Shown piece by piece: positions 52,673-61,307 of a DNA stretch of 64,000 nt. The notes below the pieces were generated by a model, which ran no database searches, was not told where the DNA came from, and saw only the letters and a list, made by a program, of their open reading frames with translations. The stretch covers positions 7,630 to 71,629 of the forward strand of contig DASYVD010000105.1 in the NCBI GenBank assembly GCA_036000545.1. The letters run 5' to 3'. Each line of letters begins with the position of its first letter. The stretch's first letter is position 1. The DNA is from Actinomycetota bacterium. GTDB taxonomy: Bacteria > Actinomycetota > UBA4738 > CALAEC01. The translations under genes and the position numbers were made by a program.

Positions 52673-52715
52673 GGCGCGCGGACCCTAGCACGGGGTTTGG
52701 GCTCCCGCAACGGAC

Positions 52716-52862
52716 CCCCCGGTCCTGTGGCGGGGGTTCGCTTGCTGGTCATTCGACCGCTGTCCCGGTCGGGGCGAGCTACCCCCGAGCCCCCGGTCCG
52801 GTGGGGGGGGTTCGGTTGCTGGTCATTTCGACCGCTGTCCCGGTCGGGGCTACCCCCCCGAG
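52716..52862. repeat. two tandem ~74-bp direct repeats, each with a CGACCG-CTGTCC-CGGTCG hairpin
   Basis: Unit 1 (52716-52789) is CCCCCGGTCCTGTGGCGGGGGTTCGCTTGCTGGTCATTCGACCGCTGTCCCGGTCGGGGCGAGCTACCCCCGAG. Unit 2 (52790-52862) is CCCCCGGTCCGGTGGGGGGGGTTCGGTTGCTGGTCATTTCGACCGCTGTCCCGGTCGGGGCTACCCCCCCGAG. A third unit starts (CCCCCAGCACC) and then diverges. Confidence 0.85.
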
Positions 52863-52884
52863 CCCCCAGCACCCTGTACAATCC

Positions 52885-53175
52885 CGCAAAAGGCGACGAC
52901 GGGAACGAGTAGGAAGGCCCTCCCGCCCGAGCGAGCCGGGGATGGTGCGAGCCCGGCGGCGGGACCCCTCCGAAGATCCTCCCCGAGCCGCCGCCCCGAA
53001 CACGGGGGGCTGGGCGAGGGGCGCCCAGCCCGGACGACCGGTAGGGGTGGACGGGTCCGCCCGTTACAGCGGGGGCTGCTGTCAGTCGCTGAGTGGCCGG
53101 ACCTCGGGAGAGGCCGGCAAGCGGGGTGGTACCGCGGGGCGCACGCCTCGTCCCTGCACCAGGGACGAGGCGTTC
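52885..53175 (+). promoter_or_regulatory. T-box leader (tRNA-Ile sensing) of ileS, probably translational
   Basis: T-box sequence GGGTGGTACCGCG at 53124-53136. Directly after it comes the hairpin ACGCCTCGTCCCT-GCACC-AGGGACGAGGCGT (53143-53173), whose 3' arm contains the only Shine-Dalgarno-like GGGACGAGG before the ATG at 53176. A candidate AUC specifier lies at 52976-52978 in GAAGAUCC. TACAAT at 52875-52880 is a possible -10. The 5' boundary is approximate. Confidence 0.75.
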
Positions 53176-56100
53176 ATGTTGGGGGAGGAAGGCGTGCCGA
53201 GGTACCGGCCGGTGGATCCAAAGGTCAACTTCCCGTCCCTCGAGCGGGGCATCATCGAGTTCTGGCGGGAACGCCGGATCTTCGAGAAGAGCCTCGACCT
53301 GCGCAAGGACTCGCCCGAGTGGGTCTTCTACGAGGGGCCGCCCACCGCCAATGGAAAGCCGGGGATCCACCACGTCGAGTCCCGCACCTTCAAGGACGTG
53401 TACCCGCGGTTCAAGACGATGACCGGGCACTTCGTGTTCCGGAAGGGCGGCTGGGACTGTCACGGGCTCCCGGTCGAGCTCGAGGTGGAGAAGGAGATCG
53501 GCACCAAGACCAAGCGGGACATCGAAGCCTTCGGCGTGGCGGAGTTCAACCGGCTGTGCCGGGAGTCGGTCACCCGATACGTGGAGGACTGGGAGGGGCT
53601 CACCCAGCGCATCGGCTTCTGGCTCGATCTCTCGGATGCGTACTGGACTATGACGCCAGAGTACATCGAGAGCGTGTGGTGGTCCCTGAAGGAGCTCCAC
53701 CGGCAAGGGCTCCTGTTCGAGGACGACAAGTCCGTGGCGTTCTGCCCCAGGTGCAGCACGTCGCTGTCCGACCACGAGGTCGCCCTCGGATACACGACGG
53801 TGGTCGACCCCAGCGTGTTCGTGAAGTTCCGTATCGTCCAGGCCCCCGATCCAGGGTTGGTGGACTCCTCGATCGTAGCCTGGACCACTACTCCATGGAC
53901 CTTACCGTCGAATCTCGGACTCGCCGTCGACCCCGATGAGACGTACGAGAGAGTTCTTATTGATGGCGAGGATCTAATCATCGCCAAGCGGTTGCGGACG
54001 AAGGTGCTTGGTGACGGGGGACGGGTGAAGAGCACCTTCAAGGGCCAGCGCTTGTTGGTGGGTCGCGGCACTCGGTACGAGTCCCTCTATCCCAACGTGG
54101 AAGGAGACGTCCACCGGGTGGTGGCGGCGGACTTCGTCTCGATGGAGGAAGGGACGGGAGTGGTGCACATCGCCCCCGGGTTCGGCTCGGAGGACCTGGA
54201 GATCGGCCGCCGGGAAGGCTGGCCCGCTTATCGTCCCATCGATGACTTCGGGCGGTTCACCGATGAGACGCCAGTGGAGTGGATCCGGGGCAAATTCGTC
54301 AAGGACGCGGATCCACTGATCACCGAGGACCTCCGGGCACGGGGGTTGCTGTTGCGAGACGAGCCCTACGAGCACACGTACCCGCTGTGCTGGCGATGCG
54401 ACACGCCGCTGCTCTACATGGCCCACGCGTCCTGGTATGTCCGGACCACTGCCAAGAAGGATCGCCTGCTGGCGGTAAACGAGTCGGTCAGCTGGTACCC
54501 GGAGCGGATCAAGCATGGCCGGTACGGCGACTGGCTGGAGAACAACGTCGACTGGGCGCTCTCGCGACAGCGCTATTGGGGCACCCCTCTTCCGGTGTGG
54601 CGATGCACCAACAAGCACGTGACGGTGGTCGGGTCGCTCAAGGAGCTCTCAGATCTCTCAGGGCGCGACGTCACCGGCGTGGACCCGCACCGGCCGGACA
54701 TCGACGAGATCACGTTTCCCTGTCCGGAATGCGGCGAGGAGAGCCCGCGGGTGCCGGACCTCATCGACGTCTGGTACGACTCGGGAGCGATGCCGTTCGC
54801 TCAATGGGGGTATCACCCTGAACTCGGGCGCGGTGTGGAGGCTTTCCGGACTCGGTTCCCCGCCGACTTCATCGCCGAAGCCATCGACCAGACGCGAGGA
54901 TGGTTCTACTCGCTGATGGCGGAGGCCACCCTCCTGTTCGAGACGACCGCGTACCGCAACGTGGTCTGCCTGGGGCTCCTCCTCGACGCTGAGGGCCGGA
55001 AGATGTCCAAGAGCCTGGGCAACGTGATCGACCCGTGGACGGTCCTCGACCGCCACGGCGCCGACGCCCTGCGGTGGTTCCTCATCAGCGGCGGGTCACC
55101 GTGGGCCGATCGCCGCGTGTCGGTGGAGGCCGTGGAGGACGTCGTCCGGCAATTCCTGCTGACGTTGTGGAACGTGTACTCGTTCTTCGTGACGTACGCG
55201 AACGCGGACGGGTTCGACCCGGCGGAGCACGACGTCCCCCCCGGCGGACGACCGATCCTCGACCGGTGGGTGCTGTCGCAACTGGCTCGGACGGTCGCCG
55301 AGGCCCGCGAGGGACTCGACCAGTACGACGCCACCGGCGCGGGCAGGCGCATCGAACGGTTCGTCGACGACCTCTCGAACTGGTACCTGCGGCGTGCCCG
55401 GCGACGGTTCTGGGACCCGGCGCGCCCTCAGGAGGCTCGGGAGAAGGCAACCGCCTTCCTCACGCTGCATGACTGTCTCCTGACAGTGGCGCAACTGCTG
55501 GCCCCATTCACGCCCTTCATCTCCGAGGAGATCTGGAGGAACCTGGCCGGCCGGCGTGACGCCGCCCCCGAGTCGGTGCACCTGTCCGACTACCCGCAGC
55601 CCGACCGATCGTTCGTGGACGACGCTCTGGATGAGGCGATGCAGGCCGCTCGAGACATCGTGGAGCTCGGCCGGAGGGTGCGGAACGACGCGCGGGTGAA
55701 GGTGCGGCAGCCGCTCAGACGCGCCATGGTTCACTACTCGGGCGACCGCTCCGCCCTGGAGCCCCTGCTGTCGCTGGTCGCCGAGGAGCTGAATCTAAAG
55801 GAGGTGGTGTTCTCCGAGTCGGCCGAAGAGCTGGCGGAATGGCGGGCCAAGCCCAACTTTCGAGTGCTCGGACCGCGGCTCGGTCCCCGTGTGAAGGACA
55901 TCGCGGCGGCGCTGGCCGCCGACGACGGGAGCCGGGCGTCCGCCCTCGCCCGCGGCGAATCCGTCACGGTGGCGGTAGATGGAGGGCAGATTTCCCTCAC
56001 CCCCGGCGATGTCGACCTGGTACAGGAGACACGTGCCGGATGGGGAGCGGCAGCCGAAGGCGGCCTGACCGTCGCCCTCGACCTGGAGGTGACGCCCGAC

Positions 56101-56373
56101 CTCCGGCTGGAGGGCCTCGCCCGCGACCTGGTCCGGCTGATCCAGGATGCTCGAAAGGCGGCCGGACTCGAGGTCACCGATCGCATCGATCTGGCCATCG
56201 AGGCGTCCGGGAAGACCGCTGAAGCGGTGGCTGCCCATCGGGAGTGGATCGCCGGTGAGGTCCTGGCCGTCCGGGTCGACGACGGCGCCCCGGAGGGGTG
56301 GGACGGGGCCCGGCGCGAGCTCGCGGAACTCGACGGCGTCGAGGTGGGGATCACCCTCCGCCGGGCGACGTAG
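53176..56373 (+). CDS. ileS: isoleucine--tRNA ligase (type 2, long form)
   Basis: PPTANGKPGIHHVESR (HIGH region), GRKMSKSLGN (KMSKS), CP1 editing domain, ~1065 aa. The start is at ATG 53176 (a GTG at 53194 is the alternative). The upstream 125 codons of the track ORF cover the T-box leader. Confidence 0.96.
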   Translation: MLGEEGVPRYRPVDPKVNFPSLERGIIEFWRERRIFEKSLDLRKDSPEWVFYEGPPTANGKPGIHHVESRTFKDVYPRFKTMTGHFVFRKGGWDCHGLPVELEVEKEIGTKTKRDIEAFGVAEFNRLCRESVTRYVEDWEGLTQRIGFWLDLSDAYWTMTPEYIESVWWSLKELHRQGLLFEDDKSVAFCPRCSTSLSDHEVALGYTTVVDPSVFVKFRIVQAPDPGLVDSSIVAWTTTPWTLPSNLGLAVDPDETYERVLIDGEDLIIAKRLRTKVLGDGGRVKSTFKGQRLLVGRGTRYESLYPNVEGDVHRVVAADFVSMEEGTGVVHIAPGFGSEDLEIGRREGWPAYRPIDDFGRFTDETPVEWIRGKFVKDADPLITEDLRARGLLLRDEPYEHTYPLCWRCDTPLLYMAHASWYVRTTAKKDRLLAVNESVSWYPERIKHGRYGDWLENNVDWALSRQRYWGTPLPVWRCTNKHVTVVGSLKELSDLSGRDVTGVDPHRPDIDEITFPCPECGEESPRVPDLIDVWYDSGAMPFAQWGYHPELGRGVEAFRTRFPADFIAEAIDQTRGWFYSLMAEATLLFETTAYRNVVCLGLLLDAEGRKMSKSLGNVIDPWTVLDRHGADALRWFLISGGSPWADRRVSVEAVEDVVRQFLLTLWNVYSFFVTYANADGFDPAEHDVPPGGRPILDRWVLSQLARTVAEAREGLDQYDATGAGRRIERFVDDLSNWYLRRARRRFWDPARPQEAREKATAFLTLHDCLLTVAQLLAPFTPFISEEIWRNLAGRRDAAPESVHLSDYPQPDRSFVDDALDEAMQAARDIVELGRRVRNDARVKVRQPLRRAMVHYSGDRSALEPLLSLVAEELNLKEVVFSESAEELAEWRAKPNFRVLGPRLGPRVKDIAAALAADDGSRASALARGESVTVAVDGGQISLTPGDVDLVQETRAGWGAAAEGGLTVALDLEVTPDLRLEGLARDLVRLIQDARKAAGLEVTDRIDLAIEASGKTAEAVAAHREWIAGEVLAVRVDDGAPEGWDGARRELAELDGVEVGITLRRAT

Positions 56374-56563
56374 CGGTTTCCCCTCCCCGATCCGTGAACG
56401 TCCGAGCGCGACGGATCTGGCGGACCATGACCGCCATGGCCGAGATCCAGGCCAGGGCGCTGCAGGCGATGGAGAGGTACAGGAGACCGACGCCCTCCGC
56501 CTGGATGCCCAGTGCCAGCGTCACCGCCGCGCCCCCGAGGAGGATCAGGGAGGCCGCGTACAC
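56351..56563 (-). CDS. possible small two-TM membrane protein
   Basis: 70 aa; MYAASLILLGGAAVTLALGI...LLYLSIACSALAWISAMAVMV. It lies just downstream of divIVA on the same strand and overlaps the ileS 3' end by 23 nt. No family recognised. Confidence 0.35.
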   Translation of the reverse strand: MYAASLILLGGAAVTLALGIQAEGVGLLYLSIACSALAWISAMAVMVRQIRRARTFTDRGGETATSPGGG

Positions 56564-56598
56564 GTCCCGTGCCTACTGCGCCTGGCGGTGGTCCGGGA

Positions 56599-57393
56599 TC
56601 ACGACTCCTCCCCCCAGAACAGCTCCTTGAGGGAGGCGCTTTCGTCCTTGCGTCGGTTGGGTTCCTCCTCGGGGATTCGCTCGTCCCAATCCCTGAGAAG
56701 GTCGTGCTCCTCCCCAGCGGTCACCGAGTTCATCGGAGCGGTGGCTTCGAGCGGAGTCAGGTCGATCCGGTCTCCCCCGGGATTCGACTCATCCTTTTGC
56801 CAGTCCTCTTCCGGCTCGTCCGCGGCGCTCTCCTCCACCACGAGCACGTCCTCTGGAGCGGGCTTGGCTACGGGCGCCGGGGAGGAGGCCTCCGCGAGGT
56901 CGGCCGGTTCTTCCGGCCGGGAACGGGCCCGCCGCTTGAGGTCCTCGGCGTGGTCCTTGACCAGAGAGGCCAGGCGCTCGAGAAAGTCCCGTTCCTGGAG
57001 CAGATACCAGCCCGGCGTGGCGTCAGCCTCACCACTGGCCTCAGTGAGGTGGGCGACCCTGCGCTCCGCGTCGGCGACGAGCCGCGCGGCGTGCTCCCGA
57101 GCCTCCCGGACGATGCGTTCCGCTCGCTCCTCGGCGGCCTGGAGGTCGACGGGTCCTCCGTGGGGATCCCCCGCCTGCTCTCGAAGCCGCTTGTTCTCCT
57201 CGTGGAGCGCCGCCAGGTCCTCGGTCACCTGGTCGAGGAATTCGTCGACGTCCCCTTCGTGGTAGCCGCGGAACGACAGGCGGAACTCCTTCGTCTGAAC
57301 CTCATCCGGGGTCAGCCGGGGACGCGAGGCTGGCTCGAGATCAGATTCGCTGAAGCCCGACGGGGCGTCGACCTTGTCCTTCCTTCTCTTCAT
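56599..57393 (-). CDS. divIVA: DivIVA-domain cell-division/polar growth protein (Wag31-like)
   Basis: LTPDEVQTKEFRLSFRGYHEGDVDEFLDQVTEDLAALHEENKRLREQ is the canonical DivIVA N-terminal domain. It is preceded by a ~25-aa extension, so the start is uncertain. Confidence 0.88.
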   Translation of the reverse strand: MKRRKDKVDAPSGFSESDLEPASRPRLTPDEVQTKEFRLSFRGYHEGDVDEFLDQVTEDLAALHEENKRLREQAGDPHGGPVDLQAAEERAERIVREAREHAARLVADAERRVAHLTEASGEADATPGWYLLQERDFLERLASLVKDHAEDLKRRARSRPEEPADLAEASSPAPVAKPAPEDVLVVEESAADEPEEDWQKDESNPGGDRIDLTPLEATAPMNSVTAGEEHDLLRDWDERIPEEEPNRRKDESASLKELFWGEES

Positions 57394-57417
57394 GATCAGG
57401 CACCTCCACGCGTCGCC

Positions 57418-57681
57418 CTAACATATCGTCTGTTGGAGCACGGCTATGGCGACGAAGACGATGATCGGTGACAGGTCCAAACCCATGGCCCCCATCCTAA
57501 TCGCGGGGAGGAGTCCTCGAACCAGCCCGAGGATTGGCTCGGTGAGGTCGTAGATCACCTCGAAGATGGCACGCCCGGGCCCAGCGGTCGGGGGAGGGAA
57601 CCACGAGAAGATGATCCGCACGAACAGCACGAGCCAGTAGATGGTCAAGAGGATGCAGAAGATCTGGCGGACTACGTCCAT
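57418..57681 (-). CDS. yggT: YggT-family membrane protein
   Basis: 87 aa; LLTIYWLVLFVRIIFSWFPP motif. Located between sepF and divIVA. Confidence 0.85.
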   Translation of the reverse strand: MDVVRQIFCILLTIYWLVLFVRIIFSWFPPPTAGPGRAIFEVIYDLTEPILGLVRGLLPAIRMGAMGLDLSPIIVFVAIAVLQQTIC

Positions 57682-57741
57682 CAGCCCGGACGTGCGTCCC
57701 GCTGGCGGGGAGGGAGACCGCCGCCGAGGCGCTCGGTCACG

Positions 57742-58212
57742 CTAGCTGAAGTTATAGAAGCCACCCTCCCGGAGGCGTTCCCGCTCCTCCGCTGAGACCT
57801 CGATGTCCTGGGGGGTGAGCAGATACACGCGGCTCGCCACGAGCTCGATCTTCCCGTTGAGCCCGAAGACCAACCCGGACGCGAAGTCCACCAGCCGACG
57901 GGCGATCAAATCCTCGGTTCCCTGGAGGTTCATGATGACCGGGACGCCTTCCTTGTACTTCTCCCCCAGCTCCCGTGCCTCGTTGAACCGCTTCGGCTCG
58001 GCTCGGTGGATGGTGGACGCCACGGGACGTGACGCCGGGATGGTGCGGACGATGGACTCCGCCGGTTCCGAGGCCGTCCGGCCGATCGTGCCCGAGCGTG
58101 GCAGCCGCCGGATCGCCGCGGGCTCGCCCGCGGGGTCGGCGGCGGCCCCCTCGAGGTCCTCGTCCTCGACGAGCCCCAAGTACGTCAGTGTCTTACGCCA
58201 CACCCCTGCCAT
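57742..58212 (-). CDS. sepF: cell division protein SepF
   Basis: MAGVWRKTLTYLGLVEDE N-terminal membrane-targeting helix and a C-terminal FtsZ-binding domain (GVPVIMNLQG...RRLVDFASGLVFGLNGKIE). Confidence 0.9.
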   Translation of the reverse strand: MAGVWRKTLTYLGLVEDEDLEGAAADPAGEPAAIRRLPRSGTIGRTASEPAESIVRTIPASRPVASTIHRAEPKRFNEARELGEKYKEGVPVIMNLQGTEDLIARRLVDFASGLVFGLNGKIELVASRVYLLTPQDIEVSAEERERLREGGFYNFS

Positions 58213-58223
58213 GGTTTCCCTCC

Positions 58224-58907
58224 TTACGGGCGGGGGCCGAAGATCGCCGACCCGACCCGCACCATCGTAGCGCCTTCTTCGACCGCTTCCTCGTAATCGG
58301 CCGACATCCCCATGGAAAGTTCTCGGAGCCCCGGGAACCGGGTCGAGAGCCGGTCGCGCAGCTCCCGCAGCCGCGCGAAGTAGGGCCGAGGCGGGCGGTC
58401 CAGGGGAGCGACGGTCATGAGCCCGACCACCTCCAGGCTGGGGAGGTCGTCCACTCGCGCGAGGAACGCTTCAGCCTGGTCAGCCTTCACTCCCACCCGC
58501 GACCCCGTGAAGTCCACTTCAACCAGGCACGGCACCACCCGCCCGGCCTCGGTCGCCACTTCGGCCAGGCGCTCGGTCGCCCGTCCGGGCTCGAGCGTCT
58601 GCACGACGTCGGCGACCTCCAGGATCCTCCGCACCTTGTTGCGTTGCAGCCGGCCGATGAAGTGCCACGTGGCCTCGGGGGCGGCCGCCCGCTTCGTCTC
58701 CATGTCGCCCACGTAGTTCTCCCCGAACTCCCGGAGTCCGGCTGCGGCAGCCCGCTGCACCTCGGTGGGGGGAACCGACTTCGTGACGCCGATGAGGCGC
58801 ACGTCGTCGGGATGCCGGCCGGCTCGACGGCACACCTCGACGATGCGCTGACGGACCTCGGCCAGCGCCTTCTCCGGTTCGGCGGATTCTACCAGCGGTT
58901 CAGGCAC
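58224..58907 (-). CDS. yggS: YggS-family pyridoxal-phosphate homeostasis protein
   Basis: VRLIGVTKSVP (PLP-binding Lys), WHFIGRLQRNKV, LSMGMSADYEEAVEEGATMVRVGSAIFG. A GTG start at 58907 was chosen; the track ORF extends to 59294 over pgeF. Confidence 0.85.
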   Translation of the reverse strand: MPEPLVESAEPEKALAEVRQRIVEVCRRAGRHPDDVRLIGVTKSVPPTEVQRAAAAGLREFGENYVGDMETKRAAAPEATWHFIGRLQRNKVRRILEVADVVQTLEPGRATERLAEVATEAGRVVPCLVEVDFTGSRVGVKADQAEAFLARVDDLPSLEVVGLMTVAPLDRPPRPYFARLRELRDRLSTRFPGLRELSMGMSADYEEAVEEGATMVRVGSAIFGPRP

Positions 58908-58945
58908 GGCTCCAGAGATGAGGGAACCCCAATCGAGCCTCGTTC

Positions 58946-59749
58946 TCAAGAGATCCGCAACCCCACCATCGACTGCCGGCCCGTCTCGGCGTCGCGGCGG
59001 TGGGAGAAGAACCGGTCGGGCTGGCAGGCCGTGCAAACGTCGGCCATGTCGATCCTTCGCACGCCCGCCGCACCAAGGACCCGGGCCACCGTGCCCGGTA
59101 GGTCGAGAAACAGCCTTCCGTCCCGTCGGTCCGTGACGGCCCCCGCCCCTGAGCCCTCGGCCACCGCGAGGGCAACGTCCTCTCCGACCTCGTAGTGGCA
59201 CGGCCCGATGCACGGCCCAATGGCGGCCAGGACGCCGGAGCCCTCGAACGCCGCGAGTGCGCGCCCCACGACATCGGCAGCCATCCCGCGCCAACCCGCG
59301 TGCACCGCGACGAGGACCCCCTGCTCCGGAGACGCCAGCGACAGCGGGACGCAGTCCGCCACGAGCACGGCCACGGCAAGCCCCGGACGGGAGACCGCGA
59401 GGGCGTCCGCCTCTCCCAACGGGCTAGGCGGACCGCCGAATCCGGCGCCCGCGCGCGTGTCCCCCACCCGGACGACGTTCCCTCCGTGCCCCTGCTTCGC
59501 AACGGCGAAGCTCGCTACTCCGAGCGCTCGGACGAGCCGGCCTCGGTTCTCACGGACGTGCTCGGGCCGGTCGCCGGTCGCGTAACCGAGATTCAGCGTG
59601 TCGAACGGTGGCTGGCTGACGCCGCCGATGCGCTCGCTGTAGGCGACGAAGAACCCCCGCCGCTCGAGCTCCTCGGCAACCAAGAACGTGACCCCGTCGA
59701 CGGCCCGCCTCTCCACCCGACGAGCGTATCCCGCCAACTTGCGATCCAA
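58946..59749 (-). CDS. pgeF: peptidoglycan editing factor PgeF / YfiH (DUF152 laccase-domain protein)
   Basis: GGVSQPPFDTLNLG, ADCVPL, HAGWRG and CTACQPDRFFSHRRD motifs. The track start is a TTG, so the start is uncertain. Confidence 0.85.
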   Translation of the reverse strand: MDRKLAGYARRVERRAVDGVTFLVAEELERRGFFVAYSERIGGVSQPPFDTLNLGYATGDRPEHVRENRGRLVRALGVASFAVAKQGHGGNVVRVGDTRAGAGFGGPPSPLGEADALAVSRPGLAVAVLVADCVPLSLASPEQGVLVAVHAGWRGMAADVVGRALAAFEGSGVLAAIGPCIGPCHYEVGEDVALAVAEGSGAGAVTDRRDGRLFLDLPGTVARVLGAAGVRRIDMADVCTACQPDRFFSHRRDAETGRQSMVGLRIS

Positions 59750-59962
59750 CGTGGGTGGGTGAAGGCCTGAGGTGTCGCCAGAGGGGACGACATGAGCGAC
59801 CAGCAGCGTGGAGACAATGAAGCGCTATCGGGGAATCTCGTCCCCGAAGGCGACGCCGAGGGCCTCACACGGCACGTGGCGCATGTTGTGGGGGACGGGA
59901 AGAGCCTCCGTCGAGACGGGGGAAGGGCGCCTCGTGGCCCTCCCCACCCCCACGTCTTCGAG

Positions 59963-61126
59963 CTATCGCTTGAGGAAGTCGGGGATGTCCAGGCCGTCGT
60001 CTTCCGCTTCGATCTTGATCGTGGACGGCGCGGGCTGGAACAGCTCCTCCTCGTCCCCCGGCTCCGACAGGAGGGACGGGATCGGAACCTCTTCCTCTTC
60101 TTCCTCGAACTCGGTGACCGCCGGGCGGGCCATGCGACCGGCGGCCGCCCCGCCGAGCTTGTCGAACCCGGCCGCGATCACCGTCACCCGGCACTCCTCG
60201 CCCAGGGCGTCGTCGATGACCGCTCCGAAGATGATGTTCGCGTCGGGATGGGCCACTCGGGTGATGGCCTCGGCGGCGCGGTTCACCTCGTGCAGTGCGA
60301 GGTCGTGCGGCCCCGCGATCGACAGCAGGACCCCCTTGGCCCCCTCGATCGAAGCCTCCAGAAGGGGCGATGAAACCGCCGCGCGGGCCGCCTCCTCGGC
60401 TCGCTCCTCGCCGGAAGCGTGGCCGATCCCCATCAGCGCCGACCCCGCGCCGGTGAGGATGGCCTTCACGTCGGCGAAGTCCAGGTTGATGAGGCCCGGC
60501 GTCATGATGAGGCTGGTGATCCCTTCCACGCCCTGGTACAGGACCTGGTCGGCCATGCGAAACGCGTCGAGCATGGGCGTCTCCGGGTCGGAGATCTGAA
60601 GGAGCCGGTCATTCGGCACGATGATCAGTGTGTCGACGTTGTCCTTGAGCTCCTGGATACCCATCTCGGCCTGGGTCGCCCGGCGCTTCCCCTCGAAGGA
60701 GAACGGGCGAGTCACCACGCCGATGGTGAGGGCCCCGAGGTCTCGGGCGATCCGGGCCACGGCCGGCGAGCCCCCGGTTCCCGTGCCGCCACCCTCCCCG
60801 GCGGTGATGAACACCATGTCCGCGCCCTTGAGGATCTCCTCGACCTCGGCCTCGTGCTCGTCTGCGGCGCGGCGGCCGACCTCCGGGTCCGAGCCGGAGC
60901 CGAGCCCCCGGGTGGTTTCCCGGCCGATATCCAGCTTGACGTCGGCCTCGGACATGAGGAGGGTCTGCGCGTCGGTGTTCACCGCAATGAACTCGACGCC
61001 CTTGAGTCCAGCCTCGATCATCCGGTTGACGGCGTTGACCCCACCGCCACCGATCCCGACGACCTTGATGACCGCCAGGTAGTTCTGGGGAGCCTGCATC
61101 ATCTCCGCCTCCGTGTCCTCGGCCAC
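59963..61126 (-). CDS. ftsZ: cell division GTPase FtsZ
   Basis: IKVVGIGGGGVNAVNRM and GEGGGTGTGGSPAVA tubulin signature, with a C-terminal DIPDFLKR peptide. The likelier start is the ATG at 61102 behind GGAGG (the track start at 61126 is a GTG). Confidence 0.97.
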   Translation of the reverse strand: MAEDTEAEMMQAPQNYLAVIKVVGIGGGGVNAVNRMIEAGLKGVEFIAVNTDAQTLLMSEADVKLDIGRETTRGLGSGSDPEVGRRAADEHEAEVEEILKGADMVFITAGEGGGTGTGGSPAVARIARDLGALTIGVVTRPFSFEGKRRATQAEMGIQELKDNVDTLIIVPNDRLLQISDPETPMLDAFRMADQVLYQGVEGITSLIMTPGLINLDFADVKAILTGAGSALMGIGHASGEERAEEAARAAVSSPLLEASIEGAKGVLLSIAGPHDLALHEVNRAAEAITRVAHPDANIIFGAVIDDALGEECRVTVIAAGFDKLGGAAAGRMARPAVTEFEEEEEEVPIPSLLSEPGDEEELFQPAPSTIKIEAEDDGLDIPDFLKR

Positions 61127-61307
61127 TTCGGCTCGGCCGCGTCTACCCCTCTACCTGCGAAAACGTGCCCGCCTTACCCAGCCTCAACCTCTACTCGACC
61201 GTTACTGTTATGTAAACCTCACCTACAAGGGGAGTAACTTACACAGGGCATACGAGGGTGTCAACCCCACGCTCACATCGAGAAGGGCCGGGCGGTGGGC
61301 GGGAGGG

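Noticed and set aside
52716-52862. CRISPR array
   Set aside because: There are only two directly abutting ~74-bp units with no spacers, and no cas genes in the window.
52801-53175. Upstream 125 codons of the ileS track ORF
   Set aside because: They cover the tandem repeat and the T-box leader. IleRS homology starts at 53176/53194.
59750-59962. 213-bp ftsZ-pgeF spacer and the 91-aa ORF at 59593..59868
   Set aside because: The ORF is Ser/Pro/Arg-rich and overlaps the pgeF start. I saw no convincing structure or motif, and the pgeF start itself is uncertain, which may shorten the gap.
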